64,000 bases of DNA from an uncultured virus (IMG/VR IMGVR_UViG_2667527966_000006) (taxonomy: Duplodnaviria > Heunggongvirae > Uroviricota > Caudoviricetes). The position numbers were made by a program, and so were the translations under genes. Positions within the stretch are counted from its first letter, which is position 1. The number at the start of each line of letters is the position of its first letter. The notes under the pieces were generated by a model. That model was not told the origin of the DNA. It was given only the letters and a program-made list of their open reading frames with translations, and did not search any database. Location: the IMG/VR virus record IMGVR_UViG_2667527966_000006, one strand, 5' to 3'. Shown here piece by piece: positions 10,494-20,505 of this stretch.

Positions 10494-10766
10494 GGCTATG
10501 TTTCCACACATTAGACGCATACCGATAGCCTGTTAACCGGGCAGCGTCATAATGATGGCGGCCAAGTGTTGGGGGTACTGCAGAATGATGGGCTATTGCT
10601 TTGCGAGACAGGCGCCAGGTGACCATCACCACCTGGTGAAATACTAACCTGTTAATGTAGAAGCGTCAATGTAGGCGCAAGACGATTTTATACACTCGAT
10701 ATGAACTACCTACCATTTAACCTTTACACCGAAGCCGTAGGCATTTAGGCTATATCGCATATAAGA

Positions 10767-10779
10767 AAACAAGTTGTTT
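10767..10779. promoter_or_regulatory. Motif family B site AAACAAGTTGTTT upstream of parA
   Basis: Palindrome AAACAA-n-TTGTTT, also found at 13583, 29519 and 41977. Confidence 0.55.
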
Positions 10780-10814
10780 CATACGACGATAAATCACACG
10801 TAGGGATATCACGA

Positions 10815-11480
10815 ATGACTCAGATCATTGTGGTGGGCGGCACCAAGGGTGGCCCAGGCAAATCGACTGTTGCTCAGCAAATTGCAGCCTGTCTGAAAAT
10901 CAAAAAGAAAAAGAAAGTCCAGATCACTGATATCGACATCCAGCGCACCACTACAGGGTGGTGTGAAGACCGCCGGCACAATGAAGAACTGGAGTTGATC
11001 CCGTTCGCCTATGTCCAGGATGACATCATCAAACACATCACTTCGCTTCGTGGCCGTTTCGATTACGTCGTCGTTGACGCTGGTGGTTTCGACTCCGAAA
11101 TTCAGCGCCAGGCTATGCTGATGGCCAACGTGATCCTTATCCCGCTTCGCCCGAAACGCCGCGATCTGAAATCCTTACGTGACATCGACCCCATCGTCGA
11201 CAGCGTTAGCAGCGTGAATGACCAAATCAAAATCCGTGCTGTAATGAACCAGTGCCCGTCTCTGCCTTCTCAGGCTGCGCGCATTATCGCTGCAAAAGAA
11301 ATTGTCGAAACCTTTGGCATCGAGGCGGTACCTGTGAATCTTTACAACCGCAACGTGTATGACGATGCCGAAGAGGCGGGTCGTTCCATCTTTGAGATGA
11401 CCGGAGCCGAACGCGACAAAAAGGCTGAGGCCGAGATTGAAGCATTAGTAGAATACGTAATGACCTTGGAGGGTGAATAA
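10815..11480 (+). CDS. parA: ParA partition ATPase (type Ib, no HTH)
   Basis: Deviant Walker A 'KGGPGKST', 'DIDIQ' and 'YVVVDAGG' motifs. Confidence 0.9.
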   Translation: MTQIIVVGGTKGGPGKSTVAQQIAACLKIKKKKKVQITDIDIQRTTTGWCEDRRHNEELELIPFAYVQDDIIKHITSLRGRFDYVVVDAGGFDSEIQRQAMLMANVILIPLRPKRRDLKSLRDIDPIVDSVSSVNDQIKIRAVMNQCPSLPSQAARIIAAKEIVETFGIEAVPVNLYNRNVYDDAEEAGRSIFEMTGAERDKKAEAEIEALVEYVMTLEGE

Positions 11481-11842
11481 TGTCCATGAAAATGGGTGAT
11501 CTGGCAAAACGTCCGGCTGCGGAAGCTGCTGCGCCTAAAAGCAGCACCCCGATGCGCCAGCCCGTCCGTCCACAAGGCCGTCCAACACGTGGCAAAGAGA
11601 AAATCAAAAGCCGCACGATGTCGCTCGAAGACGAGTATTTTGAATTACTGGAGATGATGAAGTTCATCCCTCGCTTCGAGAAGTTCACCCGTTCTGATGT
11701 GATACGTGCAGCTATTTTCCATCTGGCAGAGAAGTCCCCGCAGGAAATTGAGGACATCGTAAAGATGAACGAGGCGATCACCGCAGCCGATGTGACGATG
11801 CGTACTGACGAAATTAAACGCGAGTTGATGAAAAAAAGTTGA
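11480..11842 (+). CDS. Partition adaptor, ParG/ribbon-helix-helix-like
   Basis: Coupled to parA; flexible N-terminus then 'SRTMSL...TRSDVIRAAI' RHH-like segment. Confidence 0.65.
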   Translation: MSMKMGDLAKRPAAEAAAPKSSTPMRQPVRPQGRPTRGKEKIKSRTMSLEDEYFELLEMMKFIPRFEKFTRSDVIRAAIFHLAEKSPQEIEDIVKMNEAITAADVTMRTDEIKRELMKKS

Positions 11843-11848
11843 TTCATC

Positions 11849-11870
11849 AGGCGCCAAATGGCGCCTTTTA
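11849..11870 (+). terminator. Rho-independent terminator after par operon
   Basis: AGGCGCC-aaat-GGCGCCT followed by TTT. Confidence 0.55.
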
Positions 11871-11887
11871 ACAAAGGGATTTTGCAA

Positions 11888-12622
11888 ATGCTGTATAAAT
11901 ATATCGGCAATCATGACAGTGAAGAAACGATAAAATGCCTTAAACACTTTCTGGAAGATGGAACAATTAAAGCAAGTGACCCCTTCTCATTTAATGACCC
12001 ATCTGAATTAAAAATAGACCTAGGACTCGATACTACCAGGGAGATAGCAAAAAAACGGTATCGCAAAGATAAGCCTAAAGAATCCAATTTTGATCAATGG
12101 TTTTCTGGCTTAAAACAGGCCAGGTGGCACATAATAAATGCGACAAGAGAACAAATGATGTCAAAGTATGGGATCGTTTGTTTAACACCCAACCCTGACA
12201 ATTTTCTCATGTGGTCTCACTACTCCGCATCCCATACGGGCTTCTGCATCGGATTTGATGATGATTTTGTTCGAACGATAGGTGATGTAGCGTTAGCCGG
12301 TTCAGTTCAGTATCGTGAAAATGTTCCCTTATTTAATTTCTTTACTGACCCAAAAGAAGAATTTGCTCACAAGATATTTTTTACGAAGCATAATTGCTGG
12401 AGTTATGAAAATGAGTATCGAGTAATTTGTGATCCTCAAGGGATTAAAAAATTTGATAAATCGTTCATCAGAGAGGTGATTTTAGGCTCACATGTTTCCT
12501 ATGAGCTAGAACACTACGCAAGGAGTTTTCTTAACACTGGTATTAAAATATACAAAATGATTTCTCCATATAACACCTACTCAGTAGTTAAAAAAGAAAT
12601 TACAGACGAATCGTTTTTTTAA
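11888..12622 (+). CDS. DUF2971-family protein (accessory, possible anti-phage effector)
   Basis: 'LYKY', 'FNDP.E', 'LMWSHYS..HTGFCIGF' and 'K..W.YE.E.R' motifs; AT-rich. Confidence 0.8.
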   Translation: MLYKYIGNHDSEETIKCLKHFLEDGTIKASDPFSFNDPSELKIDLGLDTTREIAKKRYRKDKPKESNFDQWFSGLKQARWHIINATREQMMSKYGIVCLTPNPDNFLMWSHYSASHTGFCIGFDDDFVRTIGDVALAGSVQYRENVPLFNFFTDPKEEFAHKIFFTKHNCWSYENEYRVICDPQGIKKFDKSFIREVILGSHVSYELEHYARSFLNTGIKIYKMISPYNTYSVVKKEITDESFF

Positions 12623-12658
12623 ATTCAATCTGGCGGTTGTTTGTAGTTCATTTCATAA

Positions 12659-12714
12659 ACCTGCTTCCGTATATAATTAATTACTGTCATATTATTTAAT
12701 ATACAAAAGTAGGT
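12659..12714. repeat. Inverted-repeat element with AT-rich centre (copy 1)
   Basis: ACCTGCTTCCGTATAT...ATATACAAAAGTAGGT; homologous to 62027-62083. Confidence 0.6.
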
Positions 12715-12828
12715 GGTTTGAAGTCCTCAATCGCCAGAACACATCCCTTCTGATTCCTCTTTCCAAACTGCTTTCCAATCGCTATGATCTGCCAAATAGT
12801 AAGTAAGTAGTTACCTATCGGTGAGAGC

Positions 12829-13554
12829 ATGAGCCAGATCTTTTTTGACACCATAAACAACGGCCAGTACGACTTCATGACGGAGTGGGACACGGTCGCC
12901 ATGGACAAGTGGGTTGCGGAAAACATCGGTCTTTCACGATGCCAGGGAGAGGCTGAGCTCTTTGATACAAAGTGGTTTGACTATCGCGACATGCACCCGC
13001 TGATGGCAACCTGCCTGTTCACCGAAGCCTATAAGCGCGCATACTCACAGATCATGCTGTCTCATGGCCGCGAGCATTTCGAGACGGCTCCATTCAGTAC
13101 TGGTCTGAAACGTCTGCCTTACCAAGAGCTCTCGGTGGTGAACAAAACATCTCTCTGGAAAGCTCGCCAGTTTGCAGATCGGTATTGCTGCTCTTATGAC
13201 TATTTTATATCAACTGTTCTCTCTGCAGCTGCACGCCGGCTCTGGGACAAATTACCTCGCCCTCAGCATCTTTGGCAGCCAGAACTGATTGAGATCTTCG
13301 AAAGCAAACTCGCCAATCGTGCGGGAACGCGTCTGGATGACTCTGTAGTGAGTTTTAAGCACTTAGGAGACATGCAGCATGACCCAATTCAGGAACGTTA
13401 CTTTGAATGGGTTCTGGAGCGTTTGAAGCACATCACCCGTGATAAGCGTATCCGCACCATCTTCTCTGCTGTCTGGCTGATGGAGCTGGTGCCTGAACGC
13501 GTTATCTATGCCCATTACCCGGAAGAACTGGAAGAAGCACGGCGACTGTGTTGA
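12829..13554 (+). CDS. Hypothetical replication-module protein (possible helicase loader/initiator)
   Basis: 241-aa ORF directly upstream of the helicase, preceded by an operator-A site at 12803-12814. Confidence 0.6.
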   Translation: MSQIFFDTINNGQYDFMTEWDTVAMDKWVAENIGLSRCQGEAELFDTKWFDYRDMHPLMATCLFTEAYKRAYSQIMLSHGREHFETAPFSTGLKRLPYQELSVVNKTSLWKARQFADRYCCSYDYFISTVLSAAARRLWDKLPRPQHLWQPELIEIFESKLANRAGTRLDDSVVSFKHLGDMQHDPIQERYFEWVLERLKHITRDKRIRTIFSAVWLMELVPERVIYAHYPEELEEARRLC

Positions 13555-13618
13555 TTGCCTGCTCCATATTTTTACGATTAGAAAACAACTTGTTTAAGCA
13601 CCAAAGGATAACAAACAC

Positions 13619-14959
13619 ATGACCGAACTTTGCCACACGGGACGAGGGTTGTCTGAAGAGTTCGACGACGACTTCCAGAATCGTCTGGCGGCATATTTTT
13701 GCCGCGATCATGAGTTTCTGACTCGTGCCGGCGATCTGGTTGCCCCCAACCAATTCTCCAATGCGGCGAACGCCATACTGGTGAACATGGTATCGGGCTA
13801 TTTCAGAATGTATAAGAGCGCGCCTTCATCGGCGGCCATCCTCGATATGTTGAAGCGTGCTAAACGCGATAAGACGATCAGAGAAGAGATGTTCCCGGAT
13901 GTTGTGGCGGCGTTTAAGCGAGTGCTCTCGGAAAAACTCTCTGATACGGCTTACATGGTCGACCAGGTCGCGACGTTCGCTAAAAGTGTAGCGTTCGACG
14001 ATGCGTTGATTAAAGCGGCCGAGATGAAGGAGAAGGGCGACTTCCAGGGAGCGATGGCCATCATGGCCAAAGTGCAGCAGATCGGTTCTAACGAAGCGAC
14101 GGGCATTTATGACTATTTCGCCTCTGCAGCGGAACGTTACAAGGCTCGTGAATATGAAGCCTCAGATGATTACGTGCCGAACAGCATCACCACTGGCCTG
14201 CCGCTGCTGGATCGTATGCTCTATCAAAAAGGGTGGGCGAAACGTGAGATGGTGCTCTTCATGGGGTTTGCGAAATCAGGCAAATCGACAGCGATGGGGG
14301 AATTCTCCATTAACGCAACGCTGGCCGGCTACAACGTTCTGTATCTTTCTCTCGAAGTACATACCTCGATTCTCTCCGATCGCTTCGATGCGCGGCTGTC
14401 TGAAACGGAGATGTCAAAGCTGGTAGAGCAGCGTGACGACGTTCACCGGAAACTCGCGGAGCTTGGCGCGACGAAAGGGGTGGGGAATCTCTGGGTGGTT
14501 GAGCGCCCGTCAGGAAGCATGTCGCCTGCAGATTTGGATCGTATGCTCAATAGCATGAAAGCGAATGGCATGATCCCGGATATGGTGGTGGTCGACTATG
14601 CGGACTTGATGCGTGCCAGTTACGACCTCCGTGACGACCGGGCGAACATCCGTTCTATCTACACCGATCTGCGTGCTCTCTACGATAAGCACAACGTTGC
14701 AGGAATCACGGCATCCCAGACCAACCGTGAAGGTGGCTCATCCGAAGTGGCCACCATGATGCACGCCGCGGACAATATCGAAAAAGTCCGTATTGCCGAC
14801 TTAGTCATCACTATCAACAAGACTGAGGAGGAAGAAGCCAAAGGCGAAGCACGTCTCTATTTTGCTGGTTCTCGTAACCAGAAGGGCGGGGTGAGTATTC
14901 GCGTTAAGCAGAACCTCGAACAGATGCGCTTCATCGAGCGGATCATGGAAGTTCTTTAA
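13619..14959 (+). CDS. dnaB: Replicative DNA helicase, DnaB/SF4 family
   Basis: Walker A 'GFAKSGKS', 'VLYLSLE', 'VVVDYADL' and 'TASQTNR' SF4 motifs. Confidence 0.9.
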   Translation: MTELCHTGRGLSEEFDDDFQNRLAAYFCRDHEFLTRAGDLVAPNQFSNAANAILVNMVSGYFRMYKSAPSSAAILDMLKRAKRDKTIREEMFPDVVAAFKRVLSEKLSDTAYMVDQVATFAKSVAFDDALIKAAEMKEKGDFQGAMAIMAKVQQIGSNEATGIYDYFASAAERYKAREYEASDDYVPNSITTGLPLLDRMLYQKGWAKREMVLFMGFAKSGKSTAMGEFSINATLAGYNVLYLSLEVHTSILSDRFDARLSETEMSKLVEQRDDVHRKLAELGATKGVGNLWVVERPSGSMSPADLDRMLNSMKANGMIPDMVVVDYADLMRASYDLRDDRANIRSIYTDLRALYDKHNVAGITASQTNREGGSSEVATMMHAADNIEKVRIADLVITINKTEEEEAKGEARLYFAGSRNQKGGVSIRVKQNLEQMRFIERIMEVL

Positions 14960-14964
14960 AAAAT

Positions 14965-15000
14965 GGGCGTGGGGCAAAGACGGATAACAGCCCCACGCCC
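14965..15000. terminator. Strong GC hairpin after helicase
   Basis: GGGCGTGGGGC...GCCCCACGCCC 11-bp stem. Confidence 0.55.
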
Positions 15001-15040
15001 TTCCAAATTACCTTTTGTTTAATCACAAAAGGAAAAACAC

Positions 15041-15109
15041 ATGAGCCTCTATGGTATTCAAAAACCGAGGCTTATCAAGATATTGCCTTTTAAAAACTGC
15101 GGTGAATGA
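15041..15109 (+). CDS. 22-aa leader ORF coupled to primase
   Basis: AAGGAAAAACAC-ATG start context as in other genes here; TGA overlaps primase ATG (ATGA). Confidence 0.4.
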   Translation: MSLYGIQKPRLIKILPFKNCGE

Positions 15110-16230
15110 CAATGAGTGACCTCAAAGAGTTACTGTCCGAGCTGGATTTCGAACAATGGCTGGATATGGAAGGCATCATCTATCGTCGCGGCGGTGTAAG
15201 CGCCCGCGGCCGCGAAGTGAATATCAAAGAATGTCCGGTATGTGGAAGCACAAACTGGAAGGTCTATTTCAACCTGACCAACAACGTCGGGAAATGCTTC
15301 GCCGGCGATCACCCAGAAGAAATTCAATTTAATAAGCTGGTTTTCCTCAAACACTACAGCGGTAAGTCTCGTCGTGCCTTTGAGGAGTACGTACATAACG
15401 CACTCCTGTCTCAAGGTTGGGCGCCAAAAAAAGAAGAGGTTGTGCTGGCCAGTGCTGTGGAACTTGAAGGCCCGGTGGCTTTACCGCGGCATTATGAACT
15501 GCCAATTGACGGTCGGCTGCCGGACTATCTTGTTGAGCGGAACATTACCCCGGAGCTGGCCAAATATTTTGACCTGCGTTACTGCGTCGAGGGAAAACAT
15601 GCTTATGTCGACCCATATACCGATCAGGTTAAAGGGCAGGCATTCGATATGCGCATCCTGATACCGATTTACGATCTGAATGGGGTGATGAAGACATTCC
15701 AGGGGCGTGACGTCACCGGCGCAGCAGAACGCCGATATCTCTTCCCTATGCAGCTGCCGGCATCCGGGAGGTTTCTCTATAACGGTCATAACGCAGTTGG
15801 TAAGCAGACCGTCGTCGTCTGTGAGGGGGCTTTCGATGTCATGGGGGTTAAGCGAGCGATATTCGACGAGGAAACACTGCGGGACTACGTAGAGCCCATT
15901 GGCACGTTCGGGATGCATCTGTCCGGAAACACGACTGTAGACGCAGAAGACCAGCTGGGCGCGTTTCTGTCGTTAAAGGCTGATGGTCTGCGAAACGTCA
16001 TCATGATGTGGGATAGCGAGAAGCAAGCGATCCGCAACACAATGGCGGCCGCCAGACGATTAACCAGTATAGGGTTAAATGTAAAAATAGCCTGTCTTGG
16101 AGAAGAAGGGCTAGATCCCGGGGAGGCCACCCAGGAACAAATTCTCAAAGCCTACTATCGTGCAAAACCCTACTCTAAGCAGCTGGAGCTGCAGAGCAAG
16201 GTTCTCGGTATAAAAGTGTTTAATTCGTGA
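15106..16230 (+). CDS. DNA primase (Zn finger + TOPRIM)
   Basis: 'CPVC...C..GDH' Zn finger; 'VVCEGAFD' and 'MWDSE' TOPRIM motifs; 'DPGE'. Confidence 0.88.
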   Translation: MTMSDLKELLSELDFEQWLDMEGIIYRRGGVSARGREVNIKECPVCGSTNWKVYFNLTNNVGKCFAGDHPEEIQFNKLVFLKHYSGKSRRAFEEYVHNALLSQGWAPKKEEVVLASAVELEGPVALPRHYELPIDGRLPDYLVERNITPELAKYFDLRYCVEGKHAYVDPYTDQVKGQAFDMRILIPIYDLNGVMKTFQGRDVTGAAERRYLFPMQLPASGRFLYNGHNAVGKQTVVVCEGAFDVMGVKRAIFDEETLRDYVEPIGTFGMHLSGNTTVDAEDQLGAFLSLKADGLRNVIMMWDSEKQAIRNTMAAARRLTSIGLNVKIACLGEEGLDPGEATQEQILKAYYRAKPYSKQLELQSKVLGIKVFNS

Positions 16231-16235
16231 GGGGT

Positions 16236-16270
16236 ATTGTTAGCTGCCTAAGCGGCGGGCAGCTAACAAT
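16236..16270. terminator. 13-bp hairpin between convergent genes
   Basis: ATTGTTAGCTGCC...GGCAGCTAACAAT. Confidence 0.55.
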
Positions 16271-16272
16271 GA

Positions 16273-17439
16273 TTATTTTGAATCTTTGGACAATACTTTT
16301 CCGGCTAACTCGGCAATAGATGATGCACCATCCAGTATAGACGGTATGTTTTCAGAAGTAACCTGTATTGGGCTGAAAATTAACTTCTCAAACAGCGACC
16401 AAGATTCCTTTTCAGCTCCAGAGCTATTTTTGGTCTCCACGTAATCATGTATAAACTCACATAGACTGAGCCTCTGTTCTATTTGAAGTATTTGTGCCTT
16501 AATAGCTTTTTCTTCAATATAATAAAGGCGCATAAAATAAAAGAATAATAATTCCAGTGAAAGAATAGGCAGGTAATAAGATAATGCATTCAGATTTAAA
16601 TCAACTGAATACCATTTAAAAATGTGGTTAAGCAAAGCTAGTAAAGGTGTGCCAATTAATAAGAGTGAAAATGTTATTATGCGAGTGTGGTTTGAATCAC
16701 ACTCTGATTTTTTTGTCCTCAACAGATTTGAAAACGCCTTACTCAACAGAACAAAGTTGTACTCACTTTTGTACTGTTGGAGTTTTTCATCATATTCTTG
16801 GAGAGATTTTATGGACGAATCGGCATTGTTAACGAGAGTCTCAATTTTTTCTTTTAACTGTTCTGCTTCATTTTGCGCCGCGTTGATACCATTTTTGATT
16901 TGCTTCGAAATTTCTTCCTCAAAGCCTCCTACATTAGTTGCAATGTTTTTAAAAAGAGAGAATTTATCTGACCGCAATAGGTGTTTAACCAATGCTGCGG
17001 GCATTGTTTGTTCTATCCAGGTGAATGAAATTGGAATGTTATCCTTTGGGGATAATCTATCTAATCTTTCTAAAATGGAAGAATCCAAAAAAAGTGGCTG
17101 TCTTGTGTCGCTCACTGTCCAAAAATTGTATTCATATATTAACCTGAGTATTTTGAATAAAAAGAAATATTTATCAGTTTTTAATTCTGAAAAGCTCGGG
17201 AGATAACCACCTTCTAAATTTACTTGGTTAAATGATGTGTGTTCGTTGAGTAAATCTCTATGCTTAAAAAACAAGTTTATAAAATATTGCCATGACAGTG
17301 TAATAATTACATCTGAAAAAATTGAATCGTCGGCAGCAAACGGATTATTAGATACATCGTTTGGATTGGGGAAATTGCTAGCTATATAAGTCGTGATGGA
17401 AGTAACTTCATTTTCATAAGACTCATCAAAAAAATTCAT
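16273..17439 (-). CDS. AT-rich accessory membrane protein (coiled coil + 2 TM), function unknown
   Basis: AAGGGG RBS before ATG 17439; heptad-rich middle and two hydrophobic helices. Confidence 0.75.
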   Translation of the reverse strand: MNFFDESYENEVTSITTYIASNFPNPNDVSNNPFAADDSIFSDVIITLSWQYFINLFFKHRDLLNEHTSFNQVNLEGGYLPSFSELKTDKYFFLFKILRLIYEYNFWTVSDTRQPLFLDSSILERLDRLSPKDNIPISFTWIEQTMPAALVKHLLRSDKFSLFKNIATNVGGFEEEISKQIKNGINAAQNEAEQLKEKIETLVNNADSSIKSLQEYDEKLQQYKSEYNFVLLSKAFSNLLRTKKSECDSNHTRIITFSLLLIGTPLLALLNHIFKWYSVDLNLNALSYYLPILSLELLFFYFMRLYYIEEKAIKAQILQIEQRLSLCEFIHDYVETKNSSGAEKESWSLFEKLIFSPIQVTSENIPSILDGASSIAELAGKVLSKDSK

Positions 17440-17728
17440 AAAATCCCCTTTGATATAATACCTGTTATTATTTGTTTTCTGCAAAGTTACACTCTCTACT
17501 GAAAAGCAAATCGCATAACCCTTGTCTTTTGCTTCATATTATCAGAGTACGAACAGCTTTAGTAAGGTTAAGTCTTGGTAGGTGCTTCGCTCCTAGCCAA
17601 ACGCTTTTGTAGTCTATGCATTGTTGTATTGGTCTGTTGCCATCATGTACCTCTGCGCCTCTTTTTGATAAGTAGCTACTTACATACTTTAATGTAATAA
17701 TTTACTCTCTGGTTGTGGAGGACGTCAC

Positions 17729-18517
17729 ATGAAAGAAGATATCGAACAGGCAGTTTTAGAGATGATCAAGAAGTCAGGCGTAGAGCTTGGCGAGGGAGAA
17801 CTGGAGAGCATCATCGATGCCTCATTCAACACGGCATCAGAGCACATATCGAATGCGCTATCCTGCATTCCTCTCAAAGAAGGGGCGACACATACGTCGG
17901 TGTTAGTGTGGTACGCAAAGACGCCTGAAATGCCCGGTACTGTTCAAAAGCGTGTAGCTTTGGTTGCGTTCATCGTCCCGTCGTTTGAGACCGGCATTGG
18001 GCCAGTCGCGCGTTTTGGCGCCTGGTATGACGACAAAATCATCTTCTCAAACTGCTACCAGATGGAAAGCAGAGAAACGCTTGAGAAGAGCGTGGACGTG
18101 ACTCTAAGAGCCGTAGAAAGCAAATGCGAGACAGTAGGAGAGGCTTTCGTCAGCGTCATGACCTCTCCCGATGTTGAAAAGCGCCATGTAGATCTGGTGG
18201 CACCACCAGGCTTGTTGGAAATGATTGTCTCTGGAGATTACAACAAGGCTATAGCGCGTGTTCGTGAGCTGGACTATGGGCGTATCTGCGACTTGTGTCG
18301 TAGTGATCTGGATTTAATCAACGTTATCGTTGAGGCTGGCCGCATCTGTGATGGGGTTTTGGCTCAATACGCAAGTAAGATCAGTCGTTTGGCCAATGAA
18401 ATGCCTATGCTGATTCAGGAAGCCAAATCCCACGCCGTTCATGCTGCAAACGACCTGCTAACCCCTTATCGATACGAAACCGCAAGTGACAAGATGACCG
18501 GCTGGGCCACCTGGTAA
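17729..18517 (+). CDS. Hypothetical protein ending in GWATW
   Basis: GGAGG RBS; 262-aa ORF; operator-A-like site at about 17668-17683. Confidence 0.7.
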   Translation: MKEDIEQAVLEMIKKSGVELGEGELESIIDASFNTASEHISNALSCIPLKEGATHTSVLVWYAKTPEMPGTVQKRVALVAFIVPSFETGIGPVARFGAWYDDKIIFSNCYQMESRETLEKSVDVTLRAVESKCETVGEAFVSVMTSPDVEKRHVDLVAPPGLLEMIVSGDYNKAIARVRELDYGRICDLCRSDLDLINVIVEAGRICDGVLAQYASKISRLANEMPMLIQEAKSHAVHAANDLLTPYRYETASDKMTGWATW

Positions 18518-18596
18518 GCCGTGACTATGTACTGTGTCCCCGTACAGAGTTATTTAAACTGATTAGTAAGTAAGTACAAGATTATCGTTTAGAGAA

Positions 18597-19064
18597 ATGG
18601 CTACCAAAACTGACTTATCAAAAATCCCTTCGATCTCTGGACTCAACGGCTACTCGCTGCGTTGCCCGGAAGTGAAGCTTAACGGACATGACTCGTACTG
18701 CAGCTACACCGTCTGTCAGCACACGATCCTTGCCTTCAAAGAGAAGCGACTGCCGGCGTCATCGTTCACCTCCTGTGCGAACGCCATTTCGGCCGGAAAA
18801 TGCCAGGCGCTGAAAATGATGGTGGAGGAAATCCGGCAAGGTGAGTCGCTGTATTTCGTCGATATGCCGGCGCTCATTGAAGAGGTGGAGGAAAGAAACC
18901 GAACAGCAAGAACTCTGCAGCCGAAGAGAGGCAGTGCATCTATCTACAGTGGAATTAAGGGGAAGCGCCAATCTTCGACCGTTGCTGACACTGGCAGACT
19001 GCCCGATGCCAGCGAGATTTATTCAGAACTTATCAAAGAAACCTTCAAGGAGAAGACCGACTAA
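18597..19064 (+). CDS. Hypothetical Cys-rich protein
   Basis: 155-aa ORF coupled to ligase; several Cys residues. Confidence 0.65.
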   Translation: MATKTDLSKIPSISGLNGYSLRCPEVKLNGHDSYCSYTVCQHTILAFKEKRLPASSFTSCANAISAGKCQALKMMVEEIRQGESLYFVDMPALIEEVEERNRTARTLQPKRGSASIYSGIKGKRQSSTVADTGRLPDASEIYSELIKETFKEKTD

Positions 19065-20386
19065 TGGAGAAGCTGATCGCGCTTAAACATAAGCTGGACG
19101 CCATTAAAACAATGGGAACGAACGCCAAGAAAGAGGCGTTGGCCAGTATGGATCACTTCGAACAAAGAATGGTGTCACTCATGCTGAACCCATTTGTTCG
19201 TTTCGGGGTGAAGAAATACAAAGTGGCCGATCCACTTAGCAAGTCCGTACCCAGTGATCAGAAGGCGATAGAGCTGCTGGAGAAACTGGCTGCCCGGGAG
19301 CTTACGGGGAACGCAGCCATTACTGCGGTCGAGTCTTTGGTTGCTTCGATGTGTGCAGACGGTCAGGACGTATTTCGCCGGTTCCTGCTGAAAGACCCGA
19401 AAGCCGGCGTCGGCATAAGTCTATGCAATAAGGTATTCGCCAACCCGATCCCGAAGTTTGAGGTGCAGCTGGCCACCGCCTATAAAGAAAAAGGCGACAA
19501 GTACCCCTTCAAGGCAAATCCAAAAGCCAGATGGCCAATGATAGGCAGCCTCAAACTGGATGGTCTTCGGGTTATTTGTGAAGTGATCGTGGACGAGGAA
19601 GAGGTTAACTTTCTGTCGCGTACCGGAAACCCGATTACATCTCTCGATCACCTGAAACCTGCCATGCTGGAGCTGGGCAAGCTCTCCGGCTACAAACACA
19701 TCTTTTTCGATGGTGAAGGTACTGCAGGTTCTTTTAACAATTCAGTCTCAGCGCTACGCAAGAAGAAAGTGAAGGCGGTTGGCGCAATCTATCATATCTT
19801 CGATTTCTTCCTACCAGAGTGGCGCGTACAGGCTAAAACAGTCGAATACCAGAAGAACGGTATGAAGCTGAAACAGCGCCTTTCACTGTTGGTGGCCTGG
19901 TTCAGAAATACACGCGGCCAGGATTACGCGGCTGACATTCATATGCATCCCTTCTACATCATCTACAGCCATGAAGACTTTGTAGAGCGGTTTATGAAGC
20001 GTCTGGACGATAACGAAGAAGGAGAGATGGGCAAAGACCCGGATTCTGTATACGAGTTCAAGCGCACCCGCAGCTGGTGGAAACTAAAAGATGAAAACGA
20101 AGCTGATGGGGAGATTATCGGCTTTCTTCCCGGAGATCCGGATGCCGGCTTTGCTCATACGCTCGGCAAAATCGTTATTCGCCTCGAAGATGGAACCGAG
20201 GTTCGCGCTTCTGGAATCAAACATCGCTACCTCGATGAGATCTGGCATAACCAGGACAAGTACATGGGCCGTATTGTTAAGGTGAATTTTCACGAGTACA
20301 CGCCAGATGGCAGTCTGCGTCATCCGCGGCTTAAGTGGCCCAAATGCCTTCGCGATACCGAAGAACGTGTCGGAGATAAAGAATGA
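19064..20386 (+). CDS. ATP-dependent DNA ligase
   Basis: 'KLDGLR' (KxDG), 'FDGE', 'EGEMGK', 'Y..KR..WWKLK' and 'SLRHP' motifs. Confidence 0.92.
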   Translation: MEKLIALKHKLDAIKTMGTNAKKEALASMDHFEQRMVSLMLNPFVRFGVKKYKVADPLSKSVPSDQKAIELLEKLAARELTGNAAITAVESLVASMCADGQDVFRRFLLKDPKAGVGISLCNKVFANPIPKFEVQLATAYKEKGDKYPFKANPKARWPMIGSLKLDGLRVICEVIVDEEEVNFLSRTGNPITSLDHLKPAMLELGKLSGYKHIFFDGEGTAGSFNNSVSALRKKKVKAVGAIYHIFDFFLPEWRVQAKTVEYQKNGMKLKQRLSLLVAWFRNTRGQDYAADIHMHPFYIIYSHEDFVERFMKRLDDNEEGEMGKDPDSVYEFKRTRSWWKLKDENEADGEIIGFLPGDPDAGFAHTLGKIVIRLEDGTEVRASGIKHRYLDEIWHNQDKYMGRIVKVNFHEYTPDGSLRHPRLKWPKCLRDTEERVGDKE

Positions 20387-20505
20387 TGCTCAGCTGCATC
20401 AACGATTACGTGAAGCGCGGGCTGATGGAAAGACGTGGCCGCGTATACCGCATCATCGACATTACTGACACGCTAAAGGAGACTGGCGATGATCGTCCTG
20501 AGTAA
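20383..20505 (+). CDS. Small hypothetical ORF (40 aa)
   Basis: ATGA overlap with ligase stop; MMLSCINDYVKRGLMERRGRVYRII...; below the ORF-track cutoff. Confidence 0.35.
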   Translation: MMLSCINDYVKRGLMERRGRVYRIIDITDTLKETGDDRPE

